From contig CM069160.1 of assembly GCA_035221665.1 (NCBI GenBank), forward strand, positions 15,252,001-15,316,000: 64,000 nucleotides of DNA, in the 5' to 3' direction. The notes under the pieces were generated by a model, which did not search any database, was not told where the DNA came from, and saw only the letters and a list, made by a program, of their open reading frames with translations. The stretch is from Okamejei kenojei. Taxonomy: Eukaryota. Shown piece after piece: positions 36,262-47,715 of the stretch. Each line of letters starts with the position of its first letter. Position 1 is the stretch's first letter. A program made the position numbers and the translations under genes.

Positions 36262-39200
36262 AGTAAGATTAAACGAGAACTTACCAGTTCGAAGTTTGAT
36301 CGTTATTTTATGAGGAGTAACGATGAGGGATTACGTGAAGAAGCCCCGCCTGGCGCTGGAACGGCATACTTCAAAGCAGCGGCATGAAAAACACAGAACA
36401 TAATAGCCGGAGTAAGATAGTAAGGCTCAACATAGATTTAGAACTACCAGATGATCATTTATTTTATGAGGGTCGGGAGTGGAGGGCACGTAATCCCTCA
36501 TCGTTACTCCTCATAAAATAACGATCAAACTTCGAACTGGTAAGTTCTCGTTTAATCTTACTATTTTACTTCAGAGTCACGTGAGTGACTACGTGAAGAT
36601 TTTGAAGCTTTCTGTGTTTTTTATGTCGTAGAATTTGTTCCATACGACAGTCCGGCTCATTCAACACAGTAATGAGCAAAATAACACATTTTTTCCCCCA
36701 AACATTGCCTCAAGTTATGTGATAAATTATTTCACGTTATGAAGAATAAAAGTAATGCCCTTTCCATTGAAAGGCAGGTTTATCACAAAATATCAATTGA
36801 TATATATAATTTGATGGTATGAACAAAGCAACGATTATAGAGAACCCAACACTCTGTGTCCAATCCTGACACCATGACTGGTTCAATTTGATTTAATATT
36901 TATTTTACACCCTCCTGTGGCCTTGCATCTTTGCTCGAGCGGCTCATCCTGTGCCATTCCTGTGAATGTATCTACCTCATTAACAGAGTGATTTTCCACA
37001 TTTCAGTGTCTAGTTCCACTGAGTGTTATTCAATTTTTAACCATCTAGAATACATTTCTCTAGAACCATCAGTTTTTACTGAAACCTAATGTGTTTTAAT
37101 TGTATTGTGTGTAATTGTATTGTGTATTGTGTGTAATAAGTAGTGCTGTCTCATCACCACAGAGACTCTTACTTACTTCAACATATTTCATCAATGTTCA
37201 CACACACACATAATTTAAGGCCGACAGGATATGCTTACAGGTTTACCTTGGTTTCAGCTCTTCTTGGTCTGCTTTGTTTGGTAAATTCATAAACATATAT
37301 GATAATGTAATCTGTATCCATATACAATTATAACGTAATATTTGCAATGTTTGCACTCTTATATTGATAAGAAAGTCATCAGCATTATTACTTTCAATGT
37401 TAACTTTTTTGAATCATTAATAGAATTGGAGTCCATTGCCTAAGGCAATTCAGGACTATATTGATCTCCAGACATGTATTGCAATTTTGGACAGATTATA
37501 TATATATTTATATCTACATATATATCCCTTTTCATATCGGGATATTACGAATGAACCCGATAATTTCTTGATTAGTATATTGTCCGTAAATAGGACGATA
37601 AACACTCTGAGCCCTATTATTGGCTCTATCAATTAGATACTCAGAAAAAATGCAATCCACAAGGAACTCACATATATCTAATATGACAAATAACTTTACT
37701 GTATACACAGACTTCCAATTTCTTTTTTAAAAAAAAATATTTTTTTTTTTTAACTTATTTCTGCAAATTGCAGGTATAACACTTCTTTATACATAATTAT
37801 TTTATTGTTATGTTGTTATATTAGTTAAACATTCATAGACTTCTTTGACCATCAAACTGTTATAATAGTCTGGTCAACCTGCAGATAGTCAATTCATATT
37901 TTCATGTCATGGATGCCTTTGTACAACAATAAAATTACTGCAACTATGAATCATCACAAGTGGTTCAACATCACTCAATATTTATGAAAACCATGAAGGA
38001 TCCGATTGGGCCACCAAAAATGCCTCTGGCAGTGTCCTGCTACATTTTCATCAGACACTGCCCTATCAGACAAAAATGAGGAACATAAAAGAACATTTTT
38101 CTCATGTAATTGAGAGAAAAGCATCCACCTTTCATGTTCTTGGTTTACCCACGAGAACATTTGAAAGATCGGTGATTTAATCTGTATACAACCAGATTAA
38201 TCGTAAGTAATCCATATTAATGACAATGTATTTTCCCCCCTTAATTTGTTGTCTCCGATAACATTGTCTCTTTCTTAGAGATAAAACAGCTGGACTAAAA
38301 CATTTTAGAATATGCCACATCTGTTTACTCAGATAACCCCATGATTATTATTTTACTTATCTTATGTGATTTAATATATGCCACTGCCGTGGTATTGTTC
38401 ACCTTGATATGACATGGACACTTCCATAATAGAACAATCAATATTTAATCCATAACTCCTTATACTTCAATAATTAATACAAATATTTGGAGAAATTTCT
38501 TAGGACAATACATTTGCAATTACATGGTATTATTGTCCATAGTCCCAACAAGAGACGTATCAATTATTTTTATAAGAATAGATAATATTCTTATCTTACC
38601 CAAATATTCACAGAAGCTGTCCATCATCTGTTAATACTTGCTTCAGCTTGCGACAGCTGCATAGCTAATAGTTGAAGCAGCTTGTGAACCCCTTTTTTTT
38701 CCATTACTTTAATAATGATAATGTATCATTTGGTATTTGCATAAGCCTCTCACAAAGGCATACATATTCTTATAAGCTCTTGTATTCCTCCTGTTGGAGC
38801 TTTATTCTTTTTACCTAGGCTCCTTTCTAATGGAGGGACAAAATATGTCAACAAAGCAATGAGACATATTTGTATCATGGAACAATTTTCCATCTCTTAT
38901 TGGTGCTGAATTTCTCCTAAATCCAGACTAGTAATTTGTGAATATTTATGCATGCTAAAACATAGGCTTTATGTGATGGGTCAGGTCCTTGCCTTTCAAC
39001 AGGCTTGTAATTGCAGCACTAATTTGCAGCGGACTCTTTATAACCTTCCAATTTAAATGTGATCAAGATAAACCATGACCATGTCCTCATTTAGTGCAAG
39101 TGTTGAATCTTTTATCAGTACAATAGTTCTTCCAGTATTCTGTTTAACGGCCTTGAACTGGTTTTAATCCTTTAGATAATGTTTTAACTTGCACCGCTTG

Positions 39201-41372
39201 ACCCATTTTAATTAATTTCAAGCACCTGTAATATTTGATTAACACTTTGTTAATAACAACTGCATTTCAATGTTGAAGATGTTTCCATTTTAATAAAATG
39301 TTCTTACACTGTGAAAGTGTATATAAAATGATATTTTGTATGGGTATACCATCACAACTTTACACTGAGGTAATTTTATTTATATATATATATGTACGTA
39401 CCCCTTCTTTATTGGAGTTACTTTTGGATGCAAATCTAAATCAGATTTTTTAGGTTTTCTTATACAGGTACCAACCTTTCTACAATTTTTTGTAGTCCCT
39501 AGTTGTAATACAGCTGTAATCCCCCACAATCGGAGATTTCATGAATTTATTTTGTAACAGTTGTTTGCACCCCTTCAACCTACTTCAAGCCTTTTTTTTT
39601 CCAATTATATGGATAAGGCTATGTTTCGGATATGTTTAATTTATCATACTTCTGCCTTTGTTTTGATCCAATATCAATCTTTACATTGGATCATAATTCC
39701 CCAAAGTTTAAAGACCAATAATCTGTTCTTTTGTAATCAATATTTTTGAATAATCATAAGGCAGGTTTTATTCATAATAATCAGAGTTTAACATAACCTG
39801 ATTTGTATTGATCAGCAAATCTAGAGTGCAGATTTGGTCCCAAATATTATATATTTCTTCCCATTGAGCTCCACAAACTGATGGCAATTAATTTTACTTC
39901 AAATGGATTGGTTATTTGCACAAATATTTTACTTCGGAGTCACGTGAGTGACTACGTGAAGACCCGTCCAGCACGCATGCGCGACATTAGCGTTCATGCA
40001 GTGCACCGCGACGAACGGAGTTCAAGGCGCTCCCGCTACAAAATTGAAAAGTCGGGCCGACAGGTAAGTTTACCGGGGGGGGGGGGCCGTGTGTCATTTC
40101 TCTCTGTGGTCTTGTGTTCCAGAAAGAATGAGCAAGGCCCGAGAAAGAAGTCTGCAGCTCGCCCCCCGTTCGTCCTTCGTTGAGGAATGCTCTTTGGAGG
40201 GGGGGCAAGAGGCGGCGGTTATAACTACCGAGCCGAAAGCCCAGCACCGCTAGTGCTGCCTGAGCAGCGGGCTGGAGGTACCTGCAGCCGGAACCGGCGG
40301 TAGTGTCCGACGTTTCGGATGAAGATGCCTTACCGCTCGAGAGCACAGGCAGCCGCCTAAGCCGCATGGAACCGGCTTATGAGCAATTGCTCCAGCGAGA
40401 TCTGCTGAGAGAGCAGCAGCAGCCTCGCCAAGGGAGTTCAGGCACTCCCGCAGTGCCTTTTACGGCACTGGCCCATTGCTTCACCTTCCTTTGAAGGCAG
40501 CATTGGCGACCAGGTCTGGGCTGGTCAAGAAGAGGGGTCACTGGCTGAAGATATCGGGAGTACGCAGGGTGTACAGGAACAGAAGAGCTGCTGGGTGTGG
40601 TCAACCCGTACGTGGCCATTCCACAAGCGGGTCGGCCATTTAGAGCCGAAACTTGCAGCCAGCATTAACCACCTGTCCTCTAAACCCCTACAAGAACAAG
40701 TGGTCAATGAGGCTCTTCAAACTATATACAGCCCCAGGAAATTGTACATCTTTGAATGTACCTGCTGTCTCAATAGCCAAATTTGGGGACATTTGGGGCA
40801 GAACATCAGAAACCTGGAGTTGAAGCTCCAGAAGATCCTTAAATTCCTGACTGCAGGAATAACATCTTATGCTCGGTCCATTGATGTGCGGACATCTCCA
40901 CAAATCAGCTAAGACACATTAGCTCTGCTGTGCACCACGCAATGAATGAAATAAATTAATTTGCGAAAGGAGATTATCAAGCCTGCCCTCAACCCTAAAT
41001 TTGCGGGACTTTGCAAAACACCGGGTCCAGAACCTCCTATTCTGCTCTTTGGGAAAGACCTTCCAAAAAAGGTGAAAGACCTGGAAGAAGAATCCAAGAC
41101 CTTTGGTCTCGTGAGGGCAGTTTGGGACCGAGCAGACCCAACAAACCCAGGCGGCAGTACCCATGGCGTCCACCAGTCGTCGACCACACTATGGGACTGG
41201 TGAAAGCTCGGGGTCCGCAACCATTTCCCCGTAAGCCTTTTTTAGGCCAGGGCCCAGAGCGGCCCATGGAAAATGCGCCACGCCCCCAACAACATCGAGA
41301 TCAACATCAACCCTCTACTGCCCAGCAGACGCCTCATCACCCAGCGAAGAGGCAGAAGAAGCACCAATAACC

Positions 41373-43330
41373 ATGGAGGTAGGTGGGTCTGGTTCCTCTC
41401 AGCATATGTGCAGTAGGGGCTCTGTACTAACAGGGGGGAGATTGCACTTGTTTTTGGATGCATGGAATCCATCACTAATGACAAGTATATACTCAGCAGC
41501 GTCATGGCTACAAAATTGACTTTGTCCATAAAGATTTCCACCAGTTCAGCATATACCCAAAAGGGTATTCACCCTCTCAGTCAAAGAGAAACAAGAGGTC
41601 AAGCTGAACCGATGAGGTTACAAGCAAAAGGTGTCATTGAAAAACAAAACATGAACCTTTGGAATTTGTGTCTAATATTTTCACGGTTTTAAATCAAAAA
41701 AGATGGGACGTCGCATCATCATTGACTTAACTACTTTAAACAAGTCTGTCAGGTATATACATTTCAAGATGGATACTTTTGAAACAGCCAGAACTATTGG
41801 TTTCTAGAGGTACTTTCTAGCAAGCATTGATTAAAAGATGCCTACTACTCAGTACCCATACACAAGGAGCATCGTAAATACTTAAAATTTATCTGGATGA
41901 AACAGCTATGGCAAATAAAGCCTTACCAAATGGCTAACCTCTGCTCCAAGGTTGTTCACTAATATCTTAAAACCTGCCTTGCATTATTGAGGAAACAAAA
42001 GCATATAGTCATGGCGTATTTAGACGACATTTTAATAGTAGGGCATACCTTGGAGACAGCCATTTTGGCAGTCGCAGCCACCAAACGTTTGTTTGAAACT
42101 TTGGGGTTTGTCATACATCCAGAAGAAAAATCCAATCTTACACCGTCCACTGCATGGACTATCTTGGATTTACGATAGATACTGTTTCGCATGATTGTAA
42201 CTCTGCCAAAGGGGAAAGCATCAGAATTGGCGCTATCATGCAACAAAACTCATGAATAAACATCAGCCAACCATACGGGAAGTAGCTAGAGTTATTGGGC
42301 AAAATGGTAGCAGCTTTCCCAGCTGTACAATTTGGGCCTTTGCACTATCAAAATTTGCAAGAGCTAAAGTGCATGCACTAAAGCAAAACTCAGGTCACTT
42401 TGACGAGCTATGAGTTTAACTGCTGAATCCATTCCAGAGTTACCAATGGGTGGGAGGAATGTAAGACTCAGCTCAGTCCCATAATGATCACCAAACCCGA
42501 GTATTAACCATTCAAACGGATGCCAGTGCTTTGGGCTGGGGAAGCAACTAACATGCAATCCAGCACAGGGGCAGATGGAGTAAATTTGAATCATCTTGCC
42601 TTACAGACACGGGGTATCAACTATTTAGAAATGTTGGGTGCGTTTTATGGTTTTAAAAGCATATTCATGTAATACGCATCATGCACATGTCCGGTTGCAA
42701 TAGATAATACCACAGAGCGGTGTGGCTTATATCAATCACATGGGTGGGTTGTAAAGTCGATATCGTGCATGTGACAATTGGCCAACTAATCTGGAAATGT
42801 GTGTTGAAAGGCATATTTGGTTATCAGCAACTTACCTTCCAGGTAAGCAAAATACAGTGGCAGACACCAGGTCACGTAGATTTAATGATAACATCGAATG
42901 GATGTTAAAAAAAAAAAAATTTTTTTTCCCAAGTGTTTGCTGAAATTACAAAGCAATATGGCACACAGATATCGATCTATTTGCATCCAGGCTGAATCAC
43001 CAGGTCCCCAACGATGTCGCTTGGGAACCAGACCCGAGCAGCAGCAGTTGATGCATTCTCGCTGCATTGGGGGAAAATGTTCTTTTATGCTTTTCCTCCC
43101 TTCTGCCTCATCAGTCGGGTATTACGCCAAGATTCAATTGGATTCCGCTTCAGGAATCTTGATAATACCTGACTGGCTGGCCTACACAGCCATGGTTCCC
43201 AGTGGCTTTCGACATGGCTGTTGAAACACGTTGGAATTCCCCAGCAGTCGACAGTTATTAATCCACCCAGTGTCAGGCATTAGTCACCCGTGCCATGACA
43301 GAGTCAATCTCCTGGCTTGCAGATTCTAAA
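41373..43330 (+). pseudogene. DIRS RT - RNase H - methyltransferase-like region, frameshifted as assembled
   Basis: HFKMDT, KDAYYSVPI, AYLDDILI, DAS..GWG, INYLEM, DNTT, DLFASRLN, YAFPPF. Confidence 0.88.
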
Positions 43331-44310
43331 AAGACCTCTACTGGGCCCGGGACTGTGCTGAGGACGCCATCAACATGATGACCGCATACTCACGGGAGTC
43401 CACAGGAGACAAAATACGGACCATATAAGAAAATGGGAACGGTATTGATCAAAACAGGAACTCCTACACTAAGCTACAGCCACCAGTGGTTGAGGGTTTC
43501 GTGCTTGGATTACATCGGGAAAAGGACTCAGCTACAGCGCCATTTATACAGCCAGGAGTGCGTTGTCAGCTTATTTGGTTACAGCAAGCCAGGACAACAC
43601 TGACTTTGGTGGGGTCCCCATCCACTAGTGGCCAAATCATGAGGGGCCATTTTTTAACACCATCCCCCTAGGCCTAGGACACTCAGATCTGGGATGTCAG
43701 CATAGTACTGTCGTACCTTAGGGGATGGCCACCACCCAGGTCACTTACTTGGAATCAACTTACACTGAAATTGTCATGTCTTGGCCCCCCCTCTAGGTGT
43801 CAGCTCAAAGGTTTACAGTCCCTCCACTTCTGAGGCTGGACAGCATGGACAGTGTCATTGGACTGTTTTCACATTTCACATTCAGGGGCTGGTCAAACAA
43901 AAACTAGACCAGGTTACACGCCTCAGGTTTGGAGTTCCGGGCATATTCACCTGAACCCACGGTTGTGTGCCAAGACCCATTCGCCAACTACATAGGACAC
44001 AACATAATAACTTAAGAGGAGAGAAAAAGCCTTATGGATAAGCCACAAGAAGCCTCATGGTCAGGTGACGAGCCAAACCATTTCAAGGGTGGCTCAAGCA
44101 GGTGCTTAAGGTCCGCGGGAGTCGATACTAATGTGTACAAAATCTCATTCCACCCAGGGGCTGCAATCTACGTCGGCGGCTACCCTGCGAATGGATGTGC
44201 CTATGGACCATATTCTGGCCAGAGCAGGATGTCCTCGGGAAAGAACTTTCCAAAGGTTTATATAATAAGCCGCTGGCGGAGCCTGCTACATTTGCAGACA
44301 GAATTTTAGA
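43330..44310 (+). pseudogene. DIRS tyrosine recombinase, frameshifted as assembled
   Basis: SAQR, ISRWLKQVL..AGVD, SHST, ..ERTFQRF motifs spread across frames. Confidence 0.8.
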
Positions 44311-45651
44311 GTTGCAGATAATATTTAATTTAAGCCCGGGGGAGCTCTCTGTTTTTTGTTGTTATTAATAAACCTTTTTTGTTCACAAAACAGGTTATTG
44401 TTGATTGTATAAAACATGCTTCTCCCTCTAAGGTCTTCAGGCAGTGAGTGAAGCTATGAGCTGGTACACGGTTTCGGATTCACAGAGCTTTGAAGTCGTC
44501 ACTAGTCCACTCACGTGACTCCGAAGTAAAATAGTAAGATTTAAATGAGATACTTAACCAGTTCGAAGTTTGATCTGTATTTTATGAGGGATTACGTGCC
44601 TCCGCTCCCACCCTCTATTATACAGATCAACTGGTAATTAAGTTCTTATTTTTTCTTTACTATATTTATTTCAATTGTTGTGTTTTCTGTGAATCCACAC
44701 CGCTGCTTTGAAGAAATGTCGCGCATGCGTGCTGGACGGGGTCTTCTCGTAATCCCTCATCGTAACTCCTCAATAAAATTACAGATCAAACTTCGAACTG
44801 GTAAGTTCTCATTTAATCTTACTATTTTATTTGTTTTCCATTGAAATGGAAAATGCCATGCACCAGTTTGAAAATACTTTTAAAATCGTATTTCCTTATA
44901 TCTCATCTAATTGAGACATGGATATCATAACCGGATTCACACGTTGATATCTTTATAAACTTAAAAGTTTTATCATATCTTCCTGCTGTTTCACCATAAC
45001 AGCTTTGGGTGAGGCCCAATTAAATTTTTTTTTTTTTCCAATATTTTTACTTTTCATGGCCTCACTCTACATTCAGGTATCAAAACCTAGTACACTTCTA
45101 TATATATTTGGTGCTGAAGTGTACTTAAATAAAACATAAAAAGTTTTAATATTATTCTGCTGTTTTAATCATAACAGCTTTAGTGAGAGACCAATTAATT
45201 TTGTTTTCATGGTTATTTTTCCATGGCCTCACTTCTTATTCAGGTGTTGTACTAATATATATATATATACTGGAGCTGTGGTGGGTACTTCATGACCAGC
45301 CACCACTATCAGTGCATTTTTAAGGTCAGTTTTCCATTTTATTTTTACTGCCCTTGTTACTCCTGAGTTTTTCCTCAAGGAGACTACCTTCAAATATAAC
45401 TGACGGTAGATATTCCCACCATATTTCATCATATATATTAGTATATATGAAATCCCTTTAGGTAGGTTAGGGAATGTTTTTGGGCCTTTTACCCTTTTTG
45501 GCTTGAATTCTTTATTTACTTTATTTTTATTTTTTGGTATCTTTTTTCCATTATTTTTCAAGCCATAAAAGCTTTTTTAGTCTGAAGGCCCTTTTATTGA
45601 TTTTTTTAAATATATGGCCTTTCTGACTTTTTAAAATTCCCCCCCCCCCTC

Positions 45652-45690
<39 letters not shown>

Positions 45691-46087
45691 TGCCAAAAGT
45701 TTGTGGAGCGACTAAAAAATCTTTCTAACGTAATTTTGACGGCCACACGGTATCGGAACCGGCTCCGTAATCTCCCGTTCCGATCGCTCCCCTTAGGACG
45801 TTTTCTTTTAAACTCCGTTTGTTTTTCATATAAAGTATTTTCCTTTTATTTTAACTTTTACTTATTTTTTACTTTTAAATTAGTTTTAAATTCTGGTATT
45901 CTAATACCAGCCACGGAGTTTTTTTAGACCCTGAAAATGTTTTCCACTGCCACTTACCTGCGGGCCCGTACCTACGCTGGAGGAGCTGACTCTGCAGATC
46001 TTGCTCTGCCGTCAGCGTCGACGTAATGCTGTTCCAGCGCCAGCGGGGCTTCTTCACGTAGTCACTCACGTGACTCCGAAGTAAAAT

Positions 46088-47715
46088 TAATTTTGTGAAA
46101 CACAACTCTTTTTTTAAAAAGGATTTGAGGCAAAACAATTGGGAAGCAAACAGTACCTGACAAACCAAAATCCATTATTGTGAACACAAACTTTTGGAAA
46201 AAAAAGGCGAGGTAAAACAATTGGGCAGCAAGCAGCCACCTGACAGCCAAAAAATTCATTTTGTGATGTACAAACTTTTTTTTTTTAAAAGGCAAGGCTA
46301 AACAATTGTTCAGCAAGCAGCCACCTACCAACCCAAATCCTTTTTGTAAACACAAACTTTTTTTTAAATAGCAAGCAAACATTGAGCAGCAAGCAGGTCA
46401 CCTGACAACCAAAATTTATTTGGTGAACACAAACTTTTTTTTTTAAAGGCGAGGCAAACAATTGGGCAGCAAGCAGCCACCTGACAACCAAAATCCATTT
46501 TGTGAACACAAACTTTTTTTTTTAAGGCAAGGCAAACAATTGGGCAGCAAGCAACCACCTGACAACCAAAATTTATTTTGTGAACAAAAACTTTTTTTTA
46601 TAAAGGCGAGGCAAACAATTGGGCAGCAAGCAGCCACCTGACAACCAAAATCTATTTTGTGAACACAAACTTTTTTTTTAAGGCAAGGCAAGCAATTGGG
46701 CAGCAAGGAACCACATGACAACCAAAATTTATTTTGTGAACAGAAACCATTTTTTAAAAAGGCGAGGCAAACAATTGGGCAGTAAGCAGCCACCTGACAA
46801 ACAAAATTCATTTTGTGAATTCGAACTGGTTAAAAGAAATGTGAGGCAAATAATTGGGCAGCAAGTAGCCACCTGACAGCCTAAAATTCATTTTGTGAAC
46901 ACAAACTTTTTTTTTTTAAAAAGGCAAGGCAAACAATTGTGCAGCAAGCAGCCACCTGACAACCAAAATCCATTTTGTGAACACATGCTTTTTAAAAAGG
47001 CGAGGCAAACAATTGGGCAACAAGCAGCCACCTACCATCCCAAATCCATTTTGTGAACACAAACTCTTTAAAAAGGGGAGGCAAACAATTGTGCTGCAGC
47101 CACCTGACAACCAAAATCCATTTTGTGAAAACAAACTCTTTAAAAAGGCGAGGCAAACAACTGGGCTGCAGTCACCTGACAACCAAATCCATTTTGTGAA
47201 CACAAACGCTTCAAAAAGGCGAGGCATAACAATTGGGCCGCAGTCACCTGACAACCAAAATCCATTTTATGAACACAAACTCTTCAAAAAGGCGAGGCAA
47301 ACAATTGGGCCACAGCGACCTGACAACCAAAATCCATTTTGTGAACACAAACTTTTTTAAAGAAAGGCGAGTCAAACAATTGGGTAGCAAGCAGCCACCT
47401 GACAACCAACATTCATTTTGTGAACACAAACTCTTTTTTAAAAAGGCAAGGCAAACAATTAGGCAGCAAGCAGCCACCTGACAACCAAAATCCATTTTGT
47501 GAACACAAACTCTTTTTTTTAAAAAGGCGAGGCAAACAATTAGGCAGCAAGCAGCCACCTGACAACCAAAATCCATTTTGTGAACACAAACCTTTGGAAA
47601 AAAAGGTGAGGTAAACAATTGGACAGCAAGCAGCCACCTGACAACCAAAATTTATTTTGTGAACAGAAACCTTTTTTAAAAAAGGCGAGGCAAACAAAAC
47701 AGGCAGCAAGCAGTC
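46088..47715. repeat. Satellite array, 72/76-bp unit (continuation after the DIRS)
   Basis: Same unit and orientation as 33600-36261, roughly 21 units. Confidence 0.97.

Larger units (their letters stand above)
39926..44828 (+). mobile_element. Full-length DIRS1-like retrotransposon (gag, RT/RNase H, MT, YR), nested
   Basis: Inverted termini (gacccgtccagcacgcatgcgcgacat / atgtcgcgcatgcgtgctggacggg), ICR at ~44490-44600, coding domains in DIRS order. Confidence 0.93.
36257..46087 (-). mobile_element. DIRS1-like retrotransposon with intact termini and ICR and a decayed AT-rich interior
   Basis: ITRs at 36333-36368 and 46026-46060; ICR at 36487-36600; minus-strand relics of tyrosine recombinase (TKQSRP...AYP..LCV, ~37160-37300) and RNase H (NNTTAVAYI, ~38370-38410). 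Confidence 0.85.

Noticed and set aside
33600-47715. Regularly spaced repeats as a CRISPR array, and the many repetitive ORFs within them
   Set aside because: Whole units repeat head-to-tail with no unique spacers; eukaryotic context; the ORFs are translations of satellite
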